64,000 nucleotides of DNA, from the IMG/VR virus record IMGVR_UViG_2974656882_000001, positions 1 to 64,000 of that record; one strand, given 5' to 3'. Each line of letters begins with the position of its first letter. Position 1 is the stretch's first letter. Shown here one piece after another: positions 36,141 to 45,082 of this stretch. Source of the stretch: a virus (Duplodnaviria; Heunggongvirae; Uroviricota; Caudoviricetes; Straboviridae). A program made the position numbers and the translations under genes. The notes under the pieces are model-generated. The model was not told the DNA's origin. It made no database searches and worked only from the letters and a program-made list of their open reading frames with translations.

Positions 36141-36228
36141 ATTTCGGCGCGAAGCGCCGGCTGCGCAGCTATACTTCTCCGACCAAATAGATAAATTTAG
36201 AGCGGTGAACCGGTAGAACCATTATAAC
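36141..36228. repeat. Inverted-repeat copy B (reverse complement of window positions 1-91)
   Basis: On the - strand it reads gTTATAATggttctaccggttcaccgctctaaattt...tagctgcgcagccggcgcttcgcgccgaaat; the central ~20 nt diverged and there is a 3-nt indel relative to copy A. Confidence 0.8.
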
Positions 36229-36247
36229 ATACAAATTTCATAAAGCA
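36221..36247 (-). promoter_or_regulatory. putative MotA-dependent middle promoter on the - strand: MotA box TGCTTTA, ~14 nt, then TATAAT (the -10 of repeat copy B), firing leftwards into the repeat
   Basis: - strand reads acTTGCTTTAtgaaatttgtatgtTATAATgg; the spacing is 1-2 nt longer than the canonical 12+/-1. Confidence 0.4.
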
Positions 36248-36360
36248 AGTGGATTATGCAAAATTAATCTATTTATATGATCATTTTTTAATCTCATAGA
36301 TGTTTACTTTGGCAACAATATTTGATACTATAGTTCTATCAAATAAATGAGCAAATTGTT

Positions 36361-36459
36361 ATGATTTACGTACTATTTGTCATTTTAGTACTTTTTATTA
36401 TTTTAGCATATCGATTCATTAATTATCGAGTTAAAAATAAATTTGGAGCCTTTAAATGA
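36361..36459 (+). CDS. micro-ORF encoding a 32-aa hydrophobic peptide, ATGA-coupled to the next gene
   Basis: preceded by GTTTAC...tactat...ttctatcaaataaatgagcaaattgttATG early-promoter/leader cassette. Confidence 0.25.
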   Translation: MIYVLFVILVLFIILAYRFINYRVKNKFGAFK

Positions 36460-37424
36460 TTTCATCACTTAAAATTGCTGAATGTTATGTAAACAAAGCA
36501 AAAAATGCAAAGGCTCGCGGTATTAAATTTGACATGTCATTAATTGCTTTTGCGAATATCAAATGCCAAGAAGTTTGTGCATATTCTGGGCTACCTTTTG
36601 ATGATTCGCTAAATGGCTCTCTTTCTTTAGAACGTATTGATAATTCTATTGGCTATATCGACGGCAATGTAATTCCGGTACGTCGTGAATTCAACACATT
36701 ACGTGGTAATCTTACTCTTGATACTATACACGCTCGTATTGAACAGTTGAATTCAATTGTAATTTCTAAAGAAGCTAAAATTGTGCACCATCAAACAGCT
36801 ATGGCATCAGAATTTACATTAGCTGGTCTGAAAGAGATTACATCTAGTTCACCTAAAGTATTTAACAAGCCTAAGCTCAACATTAAGCATTTGCCACGTT
36901 GGAAAAAGTATGTAGATACTTTAGCAAATACACAACGTGCACTAGAATCACGTATGGCATTAATTGCTGAAACTGAACTATTAATTATAGGCAAGAAAGG
37001 TACACCGCCAGGCAAAAATAAATTAAAGAATTTGCGCAAATTGCTAAATACTCATACTACTAAGGCTGATGCGTTAAAACTTGCTATCGATGGAGCAGAA
37101 AAGGCATTAGAAAAGTTTTATAAAAACTGTTGCAAGACTAGTGATGGGCAACCGTTGAATATTCAACTGCCAAAGATAGTAGTTGAAAAGCCATCCAACA
37201 CCTCATTTCATGTAGCCCAGATCGAACTTCTACGTCGAGAGATTAAAGAACATTCTACTGCAATTCTAAATTTAAAAACTATCATTGCTCCAGCGCTAAT
37301 TAAATTCAGAGACCTATCCGATGCAAATAAAGAACGTATTCGTTTAGGATTACCTATCAACACTACAACCTACGCTTTGCTAAAACATAAAGTAGGTTAT
37401 AATTGTCTTATTTACAAGATTTGA
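36456..37424 (+). CDS. protein with degenerate HNH-endonuclease-like N-terminal motif (322 aa), likely catalytically inactive
   Basis: CAYSGLPF...SLERIDNSIGYIDGNVIPVRREFNTLRGN follows the CxYCG...DHIxP..GG...NLxxlCxxCNxxKGN spacing, but His/Cys are replaced (DH to ER, C..CN to R..FN). Confidence 0.4.
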   Translation: MISSLKIAECYVNKAKNAKARGIKFDMSLIAFANIKCQEVCAYSGLPFDDSLNGSLSLERIDNSIGYIDGNVIPVRREFNTLRGNLTLDTIHARIEQLNSIVISKEAKIVHHQTAMASEFTLAGLKEITSSSPKVFNKPKLNIKHLPRWKKYVDTLANTQRALESRMALIAETELLIIGKKGTPPGKNKLKNLRKLLNTHTTKADALKLAIDGAEKALEKFYKNCCKTSDGQPLNIQLPKIVVEKPSNTSFHVAQIELLRREIKEHSTAILNLKTIIAPALIKFRDLSDANKERIRLGLPINTTTYALLKHKVGYNCLIYKI

Positions 37425-37434
37425 GGAACCTGCT

Positions 37435-37800
37435 ATGGAAATCATGTTTTTACTATTTCTTCTGGTAGGCGTAGGTATTACATTGCTTCACTACGCCAAT
37501 GAATCTCAGGCAAATAAAGCAAAATTTAACAATTTGTGGGCGGAGTATGATGCATTAATTCATGTAAATCAGGCGATATCTAAAGAACATCAACTCGTTG
37601 CAAAAGAACTTAAGCTCATCAAGGCGGAATACTTGCGCCTGAAGAATTCTAAACCTCAACCGTCCAATACTGAAATTACACACAATTTTACAAAATCTGA
37701 ATTACAGCGTATTCGTTTTTCTGTGCACCCAGATAAGCACCAAGGCAAAACTGCGCAGTTATTCATCAAAGTCAATGATATGTTGGAGAAAATGAAGTGA
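37435..37800 (+). CDS. membrane-anchored J-domain-like protein (121 aa)
   Basis: N-terminal TM (MEIMFLLFLLVGVGITLL), coiled coil, C-terminal ...ELQRIRFSVHPDKHQGKTAQLFIKVNDMLEKM with an HPD tripeptide in DnaJ helix II/III context. Confidence 0.5.
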   Translation: MEIMFLLFLLVGVGITLLHYANESQANKAKFNNLWAEYDALIHVNQAISKEHQLVAKELKLIKAEYLRLKNSKPQPSNTEITHNFTKSELQRIRFSVHPDKHQGKTAQLFIKVNDMLEKMK

Positions 37801-38096
37801 TTGCAGGATATACTATTTTTTACAAAGACAAAGATGGGTTTGAATTGCCTTTAACTGAATTAGGTGTTTTCAAAATCTATCCTAATGAACGAATTGCGAA
37901 AACTGCGATGCAAGAACTTGCAGACAGTATTACAAATATTCTACATCCTATTAAAACATTTAAGGCAAAACGAACGGCATTTTTAGGAATCAAAGTAGTG
38001 GAAGAAGTTGAAGCGCCAAAATTGCCTGAATACGCACGTGATGAATTGACTCGACAATTGAAAACTATGTTTGTAAAACAAGTGAAAGTAGCTTAA
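37797..38096 (+). CDS. hypothetical protein (99 aa)
   Basis: overlapping start. Confidence 0.4.
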   Translation: MIAGYTIFYKDKDGFELPLTELGVFKIYPNERIAKTAMQELADSITNILHPIKTFKAKRTAFLGIKVVEEVEAPKLPEYARDELTRQLKTMFVKQVKVA

Positions 38097-38121
38097 TGCT
38101 TTCAAGTTAATGTAATATAAT
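38097..38121 (+). promoter_or_regulatory. putative middle promoter for dda: MotA-box-like TGCTTTC(A), 12 nt, then TATAAT
   Basis: read directly: aaTGCTTTCaagttaatgtaaTATAATtt. Confidence 0.5.
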
Positions 38122-38147
38122 TTTTAAAAGTTTTTAGGTCAAATATT

Positions 38148-39509
38148 ATGAATGATTTGAAATTGGAAGATTTAAATGAAGGCCAACGTGCTGCATTTGA
38201 TGCGGTCATGAATGTCATTTCATCCAAATCTATGATGGCGACATCTTCACATGATGATGGTCCTTTACCGCACATCACAATCAATGGCCCTGCTGGTACA
38301 GGTAAAACTACATTAACCAAGTTCCTTATTAGTCATTTAATTGCAAAAGGCGAAAAGGGTGTAATGCTTGCAGCTCCTACTCACCAAGCAAAGAAAGTAC
38401 TATCAAACCTTTCAGGTATGGATGCTTCAACTATTCATTCATTGTTAAAAATTAACCCTACTACATATGAAGATTCTACAGTCTTCCAGCAGTCAGATAC
38501 ACCAGACCTATCGGAGTGTCGAGTGTTAATTTGCGATGAAGTCTCAATGTATGATCGCGAATTATTTCGGATTTTGATGGCATCTATTCCGCCATGGTGC
38601 ACTGTCATTGGATTAGGCGATATTGCTCAGATTCGCCCAGTAGCTCCAAATAGCAATGTGCCCGAATTGTCAGCGTTCTTCTTCAATGACAAGTTTCAAC
38701 AAGTTTCATTGACTGAAGTTATGCGTTCTAATGCACCGATCATTGAAGTAGCAACTGAAATTCGTCAAGGTGGTTGGATTCGTGAAAATATCCGAGACGG
38801 CAATGGTGTTCATTCAATGGTTAGACAAGGCGGCGGATCAGTAGCTGCGTTTTTAACAAAGTACTTTGAAATCGTCAAAGATCCTGATGACCTATTCGAT
38901 AATCGAATGTTAGCGTTTACAAACAAATCGGTAAATGATTTGAATAACATCATTCGTAAAAAGTTATATCAAACCACTGAGCCATATATCGTTAATGAAG
39001 TTCTTGTTATGCAAGAGCCACTAATTCGAAGTCACACATTCGAAGGCAAGACTTTTTCTGAAATCATTTTCAACAACGGTGAATTAGTCAGAATTGTTAA
39101 TTGTCGACGCAAAGATGTCAACTTGTTTATTAAAGGTTTTAAAGGTTCTGATTCTATCAATGTATGGGAACTTGAAATACGTGGTGTAGATTCTGTTGCA
39201 AGTGATGTGATACGTGTTATCCATGACGAACAAGAAATGAATAAATTCCAATACTTTATGTCGAAATCTGCAGGCGAATTTAAAAATGCACGTGATCGTC
39301 GTCCAAACTGGAAAGGGTGGTGGGATTTACGTAGTCAGTTCCATAAAGTCAAACCTTTGCCATGTGGCACTATTCACAAATCTCAAGGTTCTACTTTAGA
39401 TAACGTATTTTTATTTACGCCGTGTATTCATCGTGCTGATCCTGCATTAGCTCAGCAATTATTATATGTTGGAGCAACACGTGCTAAAAACAATGTGTAT
39501 TTTGTTTAA
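38148..39509 (+). CDS. dda: SF1B DNA helicase Dda
   Basis: LEDLNEGQRAAFDAVMNVI...HITINGPAGTGKTTLTKFLI...LAAPTHQAKKVLSNLSGMDASTIHSLLKINPTTYED...CRVLICDEVSMYD...GTIHKSQGSTLDNVFLFTP...LYVGATRA aligns along the whole length with T4 Dda. Confidence 0.92.
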   Translation: MNDLKLEDLNEGQRAAFDAVMNVISSKSMMATSSHDDGPLPHITINGPAGTGKTTLTKFLISHLIAKGEKGVMLAAPTHQAKKVLSNLSGMDASTIHSLLKINPTTYEDSTVFQQSDTPDLSECRVLICDEVSMYDRELFRILMASIPPWCTVIGLGDIAQIRPVAPNSNVPELSAFFFNDKFQQVSLTEVMRSNAPIIEVATEIRQGGWIRENIRDGNGVHSMVRQGGGSVAAFLTKYFEIVKDPDDLFDNRMLAFTNKSVNDLNNIIRKKLYQTTEPYIVNEVLVMQEPLIRSHTFEGKTFSEIIFNNGELVRIVNCRRKDVNLFIKGFKGSDSINVWELEIRGVDSVASDVIRVIHDEQEMNKFQYFMSKSAGEFKNARDRRPNWKGWWDLRSQFHKVKPLPCGTIHKSQGSTLDNVFLFTPCIHRADPALAQQLLYVGATRAKNNVYFV

Positions 39510-39566
39510 TGGTTTACTTTAGGATAGGCTTATGTTATAATAGGCCTATCAACCGGGAGTTATGAA

Positions 39567-39815
39567 ATGAACCTACCATATGAAGCATTAGTCAGAATAA
39601 TGGATCTTATTCGATGGGTAATCGATAATGGGCGTGATCAAAACGATTTTACACGAAATGTATTTTATGCATATCAGCCGTTTTATAATCTTGGCGCGAC
39701 GCTAGCATTTTGTGAGGACCAAGCTACTGTAACAATTCCATTTGCATTAGCGATGGATATTAACTCAGTAGTTCTCGCACATTCATTAGCATGGGAAACA
39801 TACAATGACAATTGA
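39567..39815 (+). CDS. hypothetical protein (82 aa)
   Basis: PeSL promoter gttataataggcctatc upstream. Confidence 0.4.
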   Translation: MNLPYEALVRIMDLIRWVIDNGRDQNDFTRNVFYAYQPFYNLGATLAFCEDQATVTIPFALAMDINSVVLAHSLAWETYNDN

Positions 39816-40125
39816 TGTAGTTTATATTAAGCCGAGCATCGCAATGCAATTACATGACATCGCTGATGAATTAGAACAATTTTTCATTGGGCAATTTGGT
39901 ATAAAGAAGTATCAAAGCAGCATGTATATTAGCATGGGAATTCGTGTCCATGATTGGATTGAACGTTTCAAACAATCAATGACAGAACGTGTTTCAGACA
40001 TTAGTGTAATTAATGTTCTTATTAGTGAACCAATAGATGTTGTAATTACAACTCGACAGCTCCATGAATTGGCTGATCTTATTAAACGGCGTGCAATTAT
40101 AGTGGAGAAACTAACAAATGTCTAA
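39805..40125 (+). CDS. hypothetical protein (106 aa)
   Basis: overlapping chain. Confidence 0.4.
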   Translation: MTIDVVYIKPSIAMQLHDIADELEQFFIGQFGIKKYQSSMYISMGIRVHDWIERFKQSMTERVSDISVINVLISEPIDVVITTRQLHELADLIKRRAIIVEKLTNV

Positions 40126-40468
40126 AACCATTAATATTCCAGTAGAACAAGCTAAAATTTTAACAGATTTGCTTAGACAAATTAATGTCGATTCGTTTGT
40201 GTCTGTATACAATCGTATGACAAAGGAAGAAAGAGCCGCTTTGACTGGGCGGTATATGGAAGTTCTTACTCAACCGTCGTTATCCTTTACGATCAAAAAT
40301 ATTTGCAACACATTTGATAATGAAGGCTTATCAACAGTCTCTTGGCTAAACGATTTATGTGAATATATTAGTGATGCTGCAATATCGGTGATCAAAATCG
40401 ATTTATACACATTAAGGCTTACTAAACAACTTTTAGAAGATTGGAGAACTATCAATGGCGAAGTATAA
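40118..40468 (+). CDS. hypothetical protein (116 aa)
   Basis: overlapping chain. Confidence 0.4.
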   Translation: MSKTINIPVEQAKILTDLLRQINVDSFVSVYNRMTKEERAALTGRYMEVLTQPSLSFTIKNICNTFDNEGLSTVSWLNDLCEYISDAAISVIKIDLYTLRLTKQLLEDWRTINGEV

Positions 40469-41114
40469 TGACTTTATTATTGACTTGGAAACTTTAGGCA
40501 ACAAACCTGATTGTATTGTTGTAGATTTATCAGTCTTGGTTTTCGACCCAGATCCTACTGTGGTACAATCATTAGACGAACTTATTGCAAATGGGCGCCG
40601 GTTTAAATTAAACCTTCAATCTCAAAAGGGGATCAGAAGTACTACTCCTTCAACTGTTAAGTGGTGGTCTGAACAATCTCCTGAGGCTAAGAAAAACTTA
40701 TTAGCTTCACCTGAAGATTTAACAGTAGAAGAAGCAATTACACAAGTTTTAGATTTTCTTAAAAGGAGTAACATCAATCAATGGAAATCTCAAGGCTGGT
40801 GTCGTGGAATGTCATTTGACTTCCCAATTTTTGTTGATATGATTCGCCAAGCATTTAAAACTAATGACACCGATAAACTCGAACCAATCAAGTTTCATTG
40901 TCAACGTGATATTCGAACTGCAATTGAGGCATATTCTCTTGTTCGTGGAATGACTAAGACTCCTCTTCGCAAAGGAGTTCTTGATGGATTCGTGCACCAT
41001 GACTCAATCCATGATTGCGCAAAGGATGTAATTATGCTTAAGACTGCGCAGCGTTATGCCCTTCAATTAGAAGATATGCCAGAAAAGGACGATGTAGATC
41101 CACAAACAACTTAA
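40455..41114 (+). CDS. dexA: 3'-5' exonuclease A (DEDDh family)
   Basis: FIIDLETLG (Exo I), KSQGWCRGMSFDFPIFVDMIR, HHDSIHDCAKD (Exo III H-x4-D); colinear with T4 DexA. Confidence 0.85.
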   Translation: MAKYNDFIIDLETLGNKPDCIVVDLSVLVFDPDPTVVQSLDELIANGRRFKLNLQSQKGIRSTTPSTVKWWSEQSPEAKKNLLASPEDLTVEEAITQVLDFLKRSNINQWKSQGWCRGMSFDFPIFVDMIRQAFKTNDTDKLEPIKFHCQRDIRTAIEAYSLVRGMTKTPLRKGVLDGFVHHDSIHDCAKDVIMLKTAQRYALQLEDMPEKDDVDPQTT

Positions 41115-41204
41115 TTTTTTTTTTTTTGGCCTAGATGTTTACATCTAGGCCATTTGATGTTATAATAGTCATATCAAATCATTAATCAAATTGAGGAAAT
41201 TATC

Positions 41205-41447
41205 ATGTCAAACAAAGCTCTTATCGCAAAAATCAACAAAATGCCTAAACCTACAAACACAACTGCAATCTCTCGTGCAGAGTTTGACGCAATCCTCACA
41301 AATCCTGAATTGACTGTAGTTGAAAAGCATTTTCACAATCATCTTGAAACTAATGTGGTTCTTTTCGTTATCAAAGACAATGAAATCGATTATGTTGCGG
41401 TAATGGAAGTTACTTCTGAAGGTACTCGAATTTACAAAGAGGTATAA
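41205..41447 (+). CDS. hypothetical protein (80 aa)
   Basis: PeSL promoter, leader and SD GAGGAAA. Confidence 0.4.
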   Translation: MSNKALIAKINKMPKPTNTTAISRAEFDAILTNPELTVVEKHFHNHLETNVVLFVIKDNEIDYVAVMEVTSEGTRIYKEV

Positions 41448-41449
41448 AA

Positions 41450-41941
41450 ATGAAAGGTTTCGAAAAGAACGTGTATTATCGTTTAATTAATGCAGCAGGT
41501 CTTCGTATGGAAGACATCGATTCAACTTTGCATTATGAACCATTGGCAAATTGGATTAATGATGAAGGCGGTGTAATGAAAGTCTTAGATGTTTCAGAGA
41601 CAGGTAATGCACTAACTATTCGAGTTGGACAGACCACCGAGCCGTACTATATTCATTCATCTTGCTTGAAATACTTTGTGCCATTAGAACCTGTAGCTGT
41701 TGAATCTGCAATTATTCCGCCTGTTAAACCTGCAAAGTCAGAAGTTGTAGATAATATTATTCAGTTTCCACGTAAAGGCACTCTCATGATTGGTGATCCA
41801 CCTACATCATGGGATCATTTGCGTCCACATATAACAAATGAAAAGAATCATGCGATAAAGGCCACTCAACCTCATGATTATAATCTGCCACTGCCAACTT
41901 ATAGTGCCACCATAGGAATGCATCCACGTATCTGTGCATAA
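41450..41941 (+). CDS. hypothetical protein (163 aa)
   Basis: ATG 3 nt after upstream stop. Confidence 0.4.
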   Translation: MKGFEKNVYYRLINAAGLRMEDIDSTLHYEPLANWINDEGGVMKVLDVSETGNALTIRVGQTTEPYYIHSSCLKYFVPLEPVAVESAIIPPVKPAKSEVVDNIIQFPRKGTLMIGDPPTSWDHLRPHITNEKNHAIKATQPHDYNLPLPTYSATIGMHPRICA

Positions 41942-41974
41942 AGCTATAAATACTTTCTTTAAAGAGAAAGTATT

Positions 41975-42538
41975 ATGGACGTTAAACCATTTTTTGATGC
42001 TGCTCGTGAACTTGCGGGCGGCAGACTCACCCAAGCACAAGTTGATGAATTAAACAAAGTTGTTAATCGCCTAGTACCAGATGATGTAGATATTTCTGAT
42101 CTTGGTGTAGATTTGATTCGCCAATTTGAAGGCTTGAGAACTAGAGCTTATCAAGATAGTGTAGGCATCTGGACTATTGGCTATGGCACAATTAGATACC
42201 CTAATGGTGTTGCAGTTAAGGCTGGAGATGTTTGCACAGAAGAACAGGCAAAGTCATATATGAAACATGATCTTCAAAAATTTGTTAAAGCGGTCAATAA
42301 ACTTGTAACTGTACCACTCAAACAAACTCAGTTTGATGCACTTGTATCATTAGTATACAATATTGGCGAAGGTGCATTTGCTGGCTCTACATTATTGAAG
42401 AAATTGAATTCTAAAGATTATGCTGGCGCTGCTGCACAGTTTTTAGTGTGGAACAAAGGACGAGTCAAAGGTAAATTGGAAGTTATTCCTGGGCTCACTA
42501 ATCGCCGCAAGAAAGAGAAAGCGTATTTTGAACAATAA
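41975..42538 (+). CDS. GH24 lysozyme (T4 e / P22 gp19-type muramidase) with ~40-aa N-terminal extension
   Basis: LIRQFEGLRTRAYQDSVGIWTIGYG contains the catalytic Glu...Asp...Thr triad context of T4 lysozyme ([25 protein letters not shown]). Confidence 0.75.
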   Translation: MDVKPFFDAARELAGGRLTQAQVDELNKVVNRLVPDDVDISDLGVDLIRQFEGLRTRAYQDSVGIWTIGYGTIRYPNGVAVKAGDVCTEEQAKSYMKHDLQKFVKAVNKLVTVPLKQTQFDALVSLVYNIGEGAFAGSTLLKKLNSKDYAGAAAQFLVWNKGRVKGKLEVIPGLTNRRKKEKAYFEQ

Positions 42539-42540
42539 TT

Positions 42541-42566
42541 AAAAGGAGCCATGGCTCCTTTTGCTT
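42541..42566 (+). terminator. rho-independent terminator aaaaggagcc-atg-gctccttttgctttttg
   Basis: followed by TGCTTTT, 12 nt, then TATAAT (imperfect MotA-type promoter) upstream of gene 39. Confidence 0.75.
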
Positions 42567-42615
42567 TTTGAGAATTGTTTTATAATTTCTCATATCCTAA
42601 TTATTTGGAGTAGTA

Positions 42616-44436
42616 ATGAGCAACACTGAAATTAAAATGTTATCTGACCGTGAACATGTATTAAAGCGTCCTGGCATGTACGTTGGTTCAGTTACAAATG
42701 AACCACATGAACGATTTCTGTTTGGTAAGTTTCAAACAGTAAAATATGTGCCAGGTCTTGTTAAAATTATTGATGAGATTATTGATAACTCATTGGATGA
42801 AGCCATTAGAACTAATTTTGAATTTGCAAATAAAATCGAAGTCAATATTGATGGCAATACAATTTCAGTCAAAGATAATGGTCGTGGCATTCCACAAGGC
42901 ATGGTCATTACTCCAGAAGGAACAGAATTGCCTGGTCCGGTAGCATGTTGGACAAGAACTAAAGCCGGTGGTAACTTTGGCGAAGATGCTGAACGTAAAA
43001 CTGCAGGCATGAATGGTGTCGGGTCTTCACTTACAAATATTTTCTCAAAGGAATTTGTTGGTGAAACATGCGATGGCACAAATACAATCAAAGTTTCATG
43101 TAAAGACAACATGGAAAGCATTGATTGGAAAGTAAAACGTGGAGGTAAACAAGGCACTGCAGTAACATTTGTGCCTGATTTCAGTTTACTTGATTGTGAT
43201 GGTATTGATGAAACTATCAACAATATTGTTGAAGACCGATTACAAATTTTAGCCGTTATTTATCCTGAAATTCAGTTCAAATTTAATAGTGCACGAGTTA
43301 TTGGTAACTTCAAAAAATATGCAAAAATGTATGATGAAAGTGCAATTATCATGGAAACTGATAATGTTCAATTAGCACTTGGACGATCTGATGATGGCTT
43401 TAGACACTTATCATTTGTGAATGCGATTCATACCAAAGTTGGTGGTTCTCATATTGATTATGTTATTGATGAACTATCAAATGAATTGATTCCACAAATT
43501 AAACGTCGCCATAAAGTTGAAGTTAATAAAGCACGAATCAAAGAATGCTTGACTATGTTATTATTCATTAAGAATATGTCAAATATGCGTTTTGATTCTC
43601 AAACTAAAGAACGACTAACGTCTCCATGGGGTGAAGTCAAAGCTCATATTGATATTGACATTAAAAAATTAGCTCGCATGTTTATTGCAAACGAAGATGT
43701 CTTAATGCCGATAATTGAAGCAGTTCTTGCAAAACTCTTGGCTGCAGAAAAGGCTGCTAATACCCGAGCTAATAAAAAGGCTGCTCGTGCAAAAGTTGCA
43801 AAACACATCAAGGCTAACGCCTATGGTAACGAGCAAAAAGAAACAACTTTATTTTTAACAGAAGGTGATTCTGCGATTGGTTATTTAATTTCAACTCGTG
43901 ATCGTGAACTTCATGGCGGTTATCCATTACGTGGTAAAGTAATGAATACATGGGGGATGACACCAGCAGAAATGCTCAAGAACAAAGAAATTTTCGATAT
44001 CTGTGCAATCACCGGTCTAACTATTGGTGAACCAGCAGAAAATCTAAATTATCGAAATATTGCAATTATGACAGATGCCGATGTTGATGGTACCGGCTCG
44101 ATCTATCCATCATTATTAGCATTCTTTAGTAATTGGCCTGAACTTTTTGAACAAGGGCGAATCAAGTTTGTCAAAACTCCGGTTGCAATTTGTCAGAAAG
44201 GCAAAGACCAAAAATGGTATTACACAATTGATGAATATGAAGCAGATAAGCCGAATCTCAAAGGCTACGGCTTCCGATACATCAAGGGATTAGGCTCCCT
44301 AGAAATGGATGAGTATGAACGTGTAATCAATGATCCCCATTTTGATGTAGTGAAACTTCCTGAAAATTGGAAAGAACAGTTTGAAATGCTCATGGGTAAT
44401 GATGCTCAACTTCGTAAAAACTGGATGTCAGCGTAA
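42616..44436 (+). CDS. 39: DNA topoisomerase II large subunit, ATPase (GyrB-like); gene 39 and 60 equivalents fused
   Basis: IKMLSDREHVLKRPGMYVGS...PGLVKIIDEIIDNSLDEA...GRGIPQ...MNGVGSSLTNIFS colinear with T4 gp39; a single 606-aa ORF covers the T4 39+60 span. Confidence 0.92.
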   Translation: MSNTEIKMLSDREHVLKRPGMYVGSVTNEPHERFLFGKFQTVKYVPGLVKIIDEIIDNSLDEAIRTNFEFANKIEVNIDGNTISVKDNGRGIPQGMVITPEGTELPGPVACWTRTKAGGNFGEDAERKTAGMNGVGSSLTNIFSKEFVGETCDGTNTIKVSCKDNMESIDWKVKRGGKQGTAVTFVPDFSLLDCDGIDETINNIVEDRLQILAVIYPEIQFKFNSARVIGNFKKYAKMYDESAIIMETDNVQLALGRSDDGFRHLSFVNAIHTKVGGSHIDYVIDELSNELIPQIKRRHKVEVNKARIKECLTMLLFIKNMSNMRFDSQTKERLTSPWGEVKAHIDIDIKKLARMFIANEDVLMPIIEAVLAKLLAAEKAANTRANKKAARAKVAKHIKANAYGNEQKETTLFLTEGDSAIGYLISTRDRELHGGYPLRGKVMNTWGMTPAEMLKNKEIFDICAITGLTIGEPAENLNYRNIAIMTDADVDGTGSIYPSLLAFFSNWPELFEQGRIKFVKTPVAICQKGKDQKWYYTIDEYEADKPNLKGYGFRYIKGLGSLEMDEYERVINDPHFDVVKLPENWKEQFEMLMGNDAQLRKNWMSA

Positions 44437-44458
44437 GCTGACTCCTTTGGAGAATAAT

Positions 44459-44818
44459 ATGATGAAAATGAAGAAACCTGTAGAATTAAATGCTACTATC
44501 TACAACCGCTTAGTCAAAGTGTTTAATGATGCAGCAAATGGCTTTAATCGCTGGGGAAATTATGATGCAGGCCTAAAGCACCATCGTTCTCGAATTATCG
44601 AATTACGCAAACAATTTCCAACATATCAAGAAATGAAAGATGCTGGCGTAAAATTTGTCGATGCATCGAAATACTTGAATGATGCAAATGAAGAAGTTAG
44701 TTGTATGGCATGGGAAGGTAATGCTTCAGAAGCAAAAGTTATTTACTTCATTGATTTTTGTCGTGGATCGGATCAACCGATTTCATTAAAAATTTATGGT
44801 ACTCCTGCACAACTTTAA
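44459..44818 (+). CDS. hypothetical protein (119 aa; start after SD GGAGAATAAT)
   Basis: the track's longer ORF begins inside gene 39. Confidence 0.4.
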   Translation: MMKMKKPVELNATIYNRLVKVFNDAANGFNRWGNYDAGLKHHRSRIIELRKQFPTYQEMKDAGVKFVDASKYLNDANEEVSCMAWEGNASEAKVIYFIDFCRGSDQPISLKIYGTPAQL

Positions 44819-44863
44819 GCAAATCTTAAAGGAAAATTACCCATCTAGTTATTGGAGAAAACA

Positions 44864-45058
44864 ATGAAAATCGTAATTGAAGTCGTAGCAACAAACATGG
44901 ATTCTGGGCACATTGCAGTACACCAAGAAACAGTCGATATTGAAATTGAGTCAGAACAAATTAAATCATTCTATATTGATAAGTTAACAAATTCAGAGCT
45001 CCTTTGCCCGAAAAAGGTAGGCCCTATTTTAATTACTCGCACCATCACAATTCTTTAA
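44864..45058 (+). CDS. hypothetical protein (64 aa)
   Basis: SD GGAGAAAACA. Confidence 0.3.
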   Translation: MKIVIEVVATNMDSGHIAVHQETVDIEIESEQIKSFYIDKLTNSELLCPKKVGPILITRTITIL

Positions 45059-45082
45059 TCCCAAAATTAATTGGAGAAATAT

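Noticed and set aside
1-36228. A 36-kb composite transposon bounded by the inverted repeat
   Set aside because: The enclosed DNA contains core syntenic T4 replication genes (43, 42, 41, 61, 56) in ancestral order, and no transposase, integrase or target-site duplication is visible. The repeat is better explained as a regulatory/recombination cassette.
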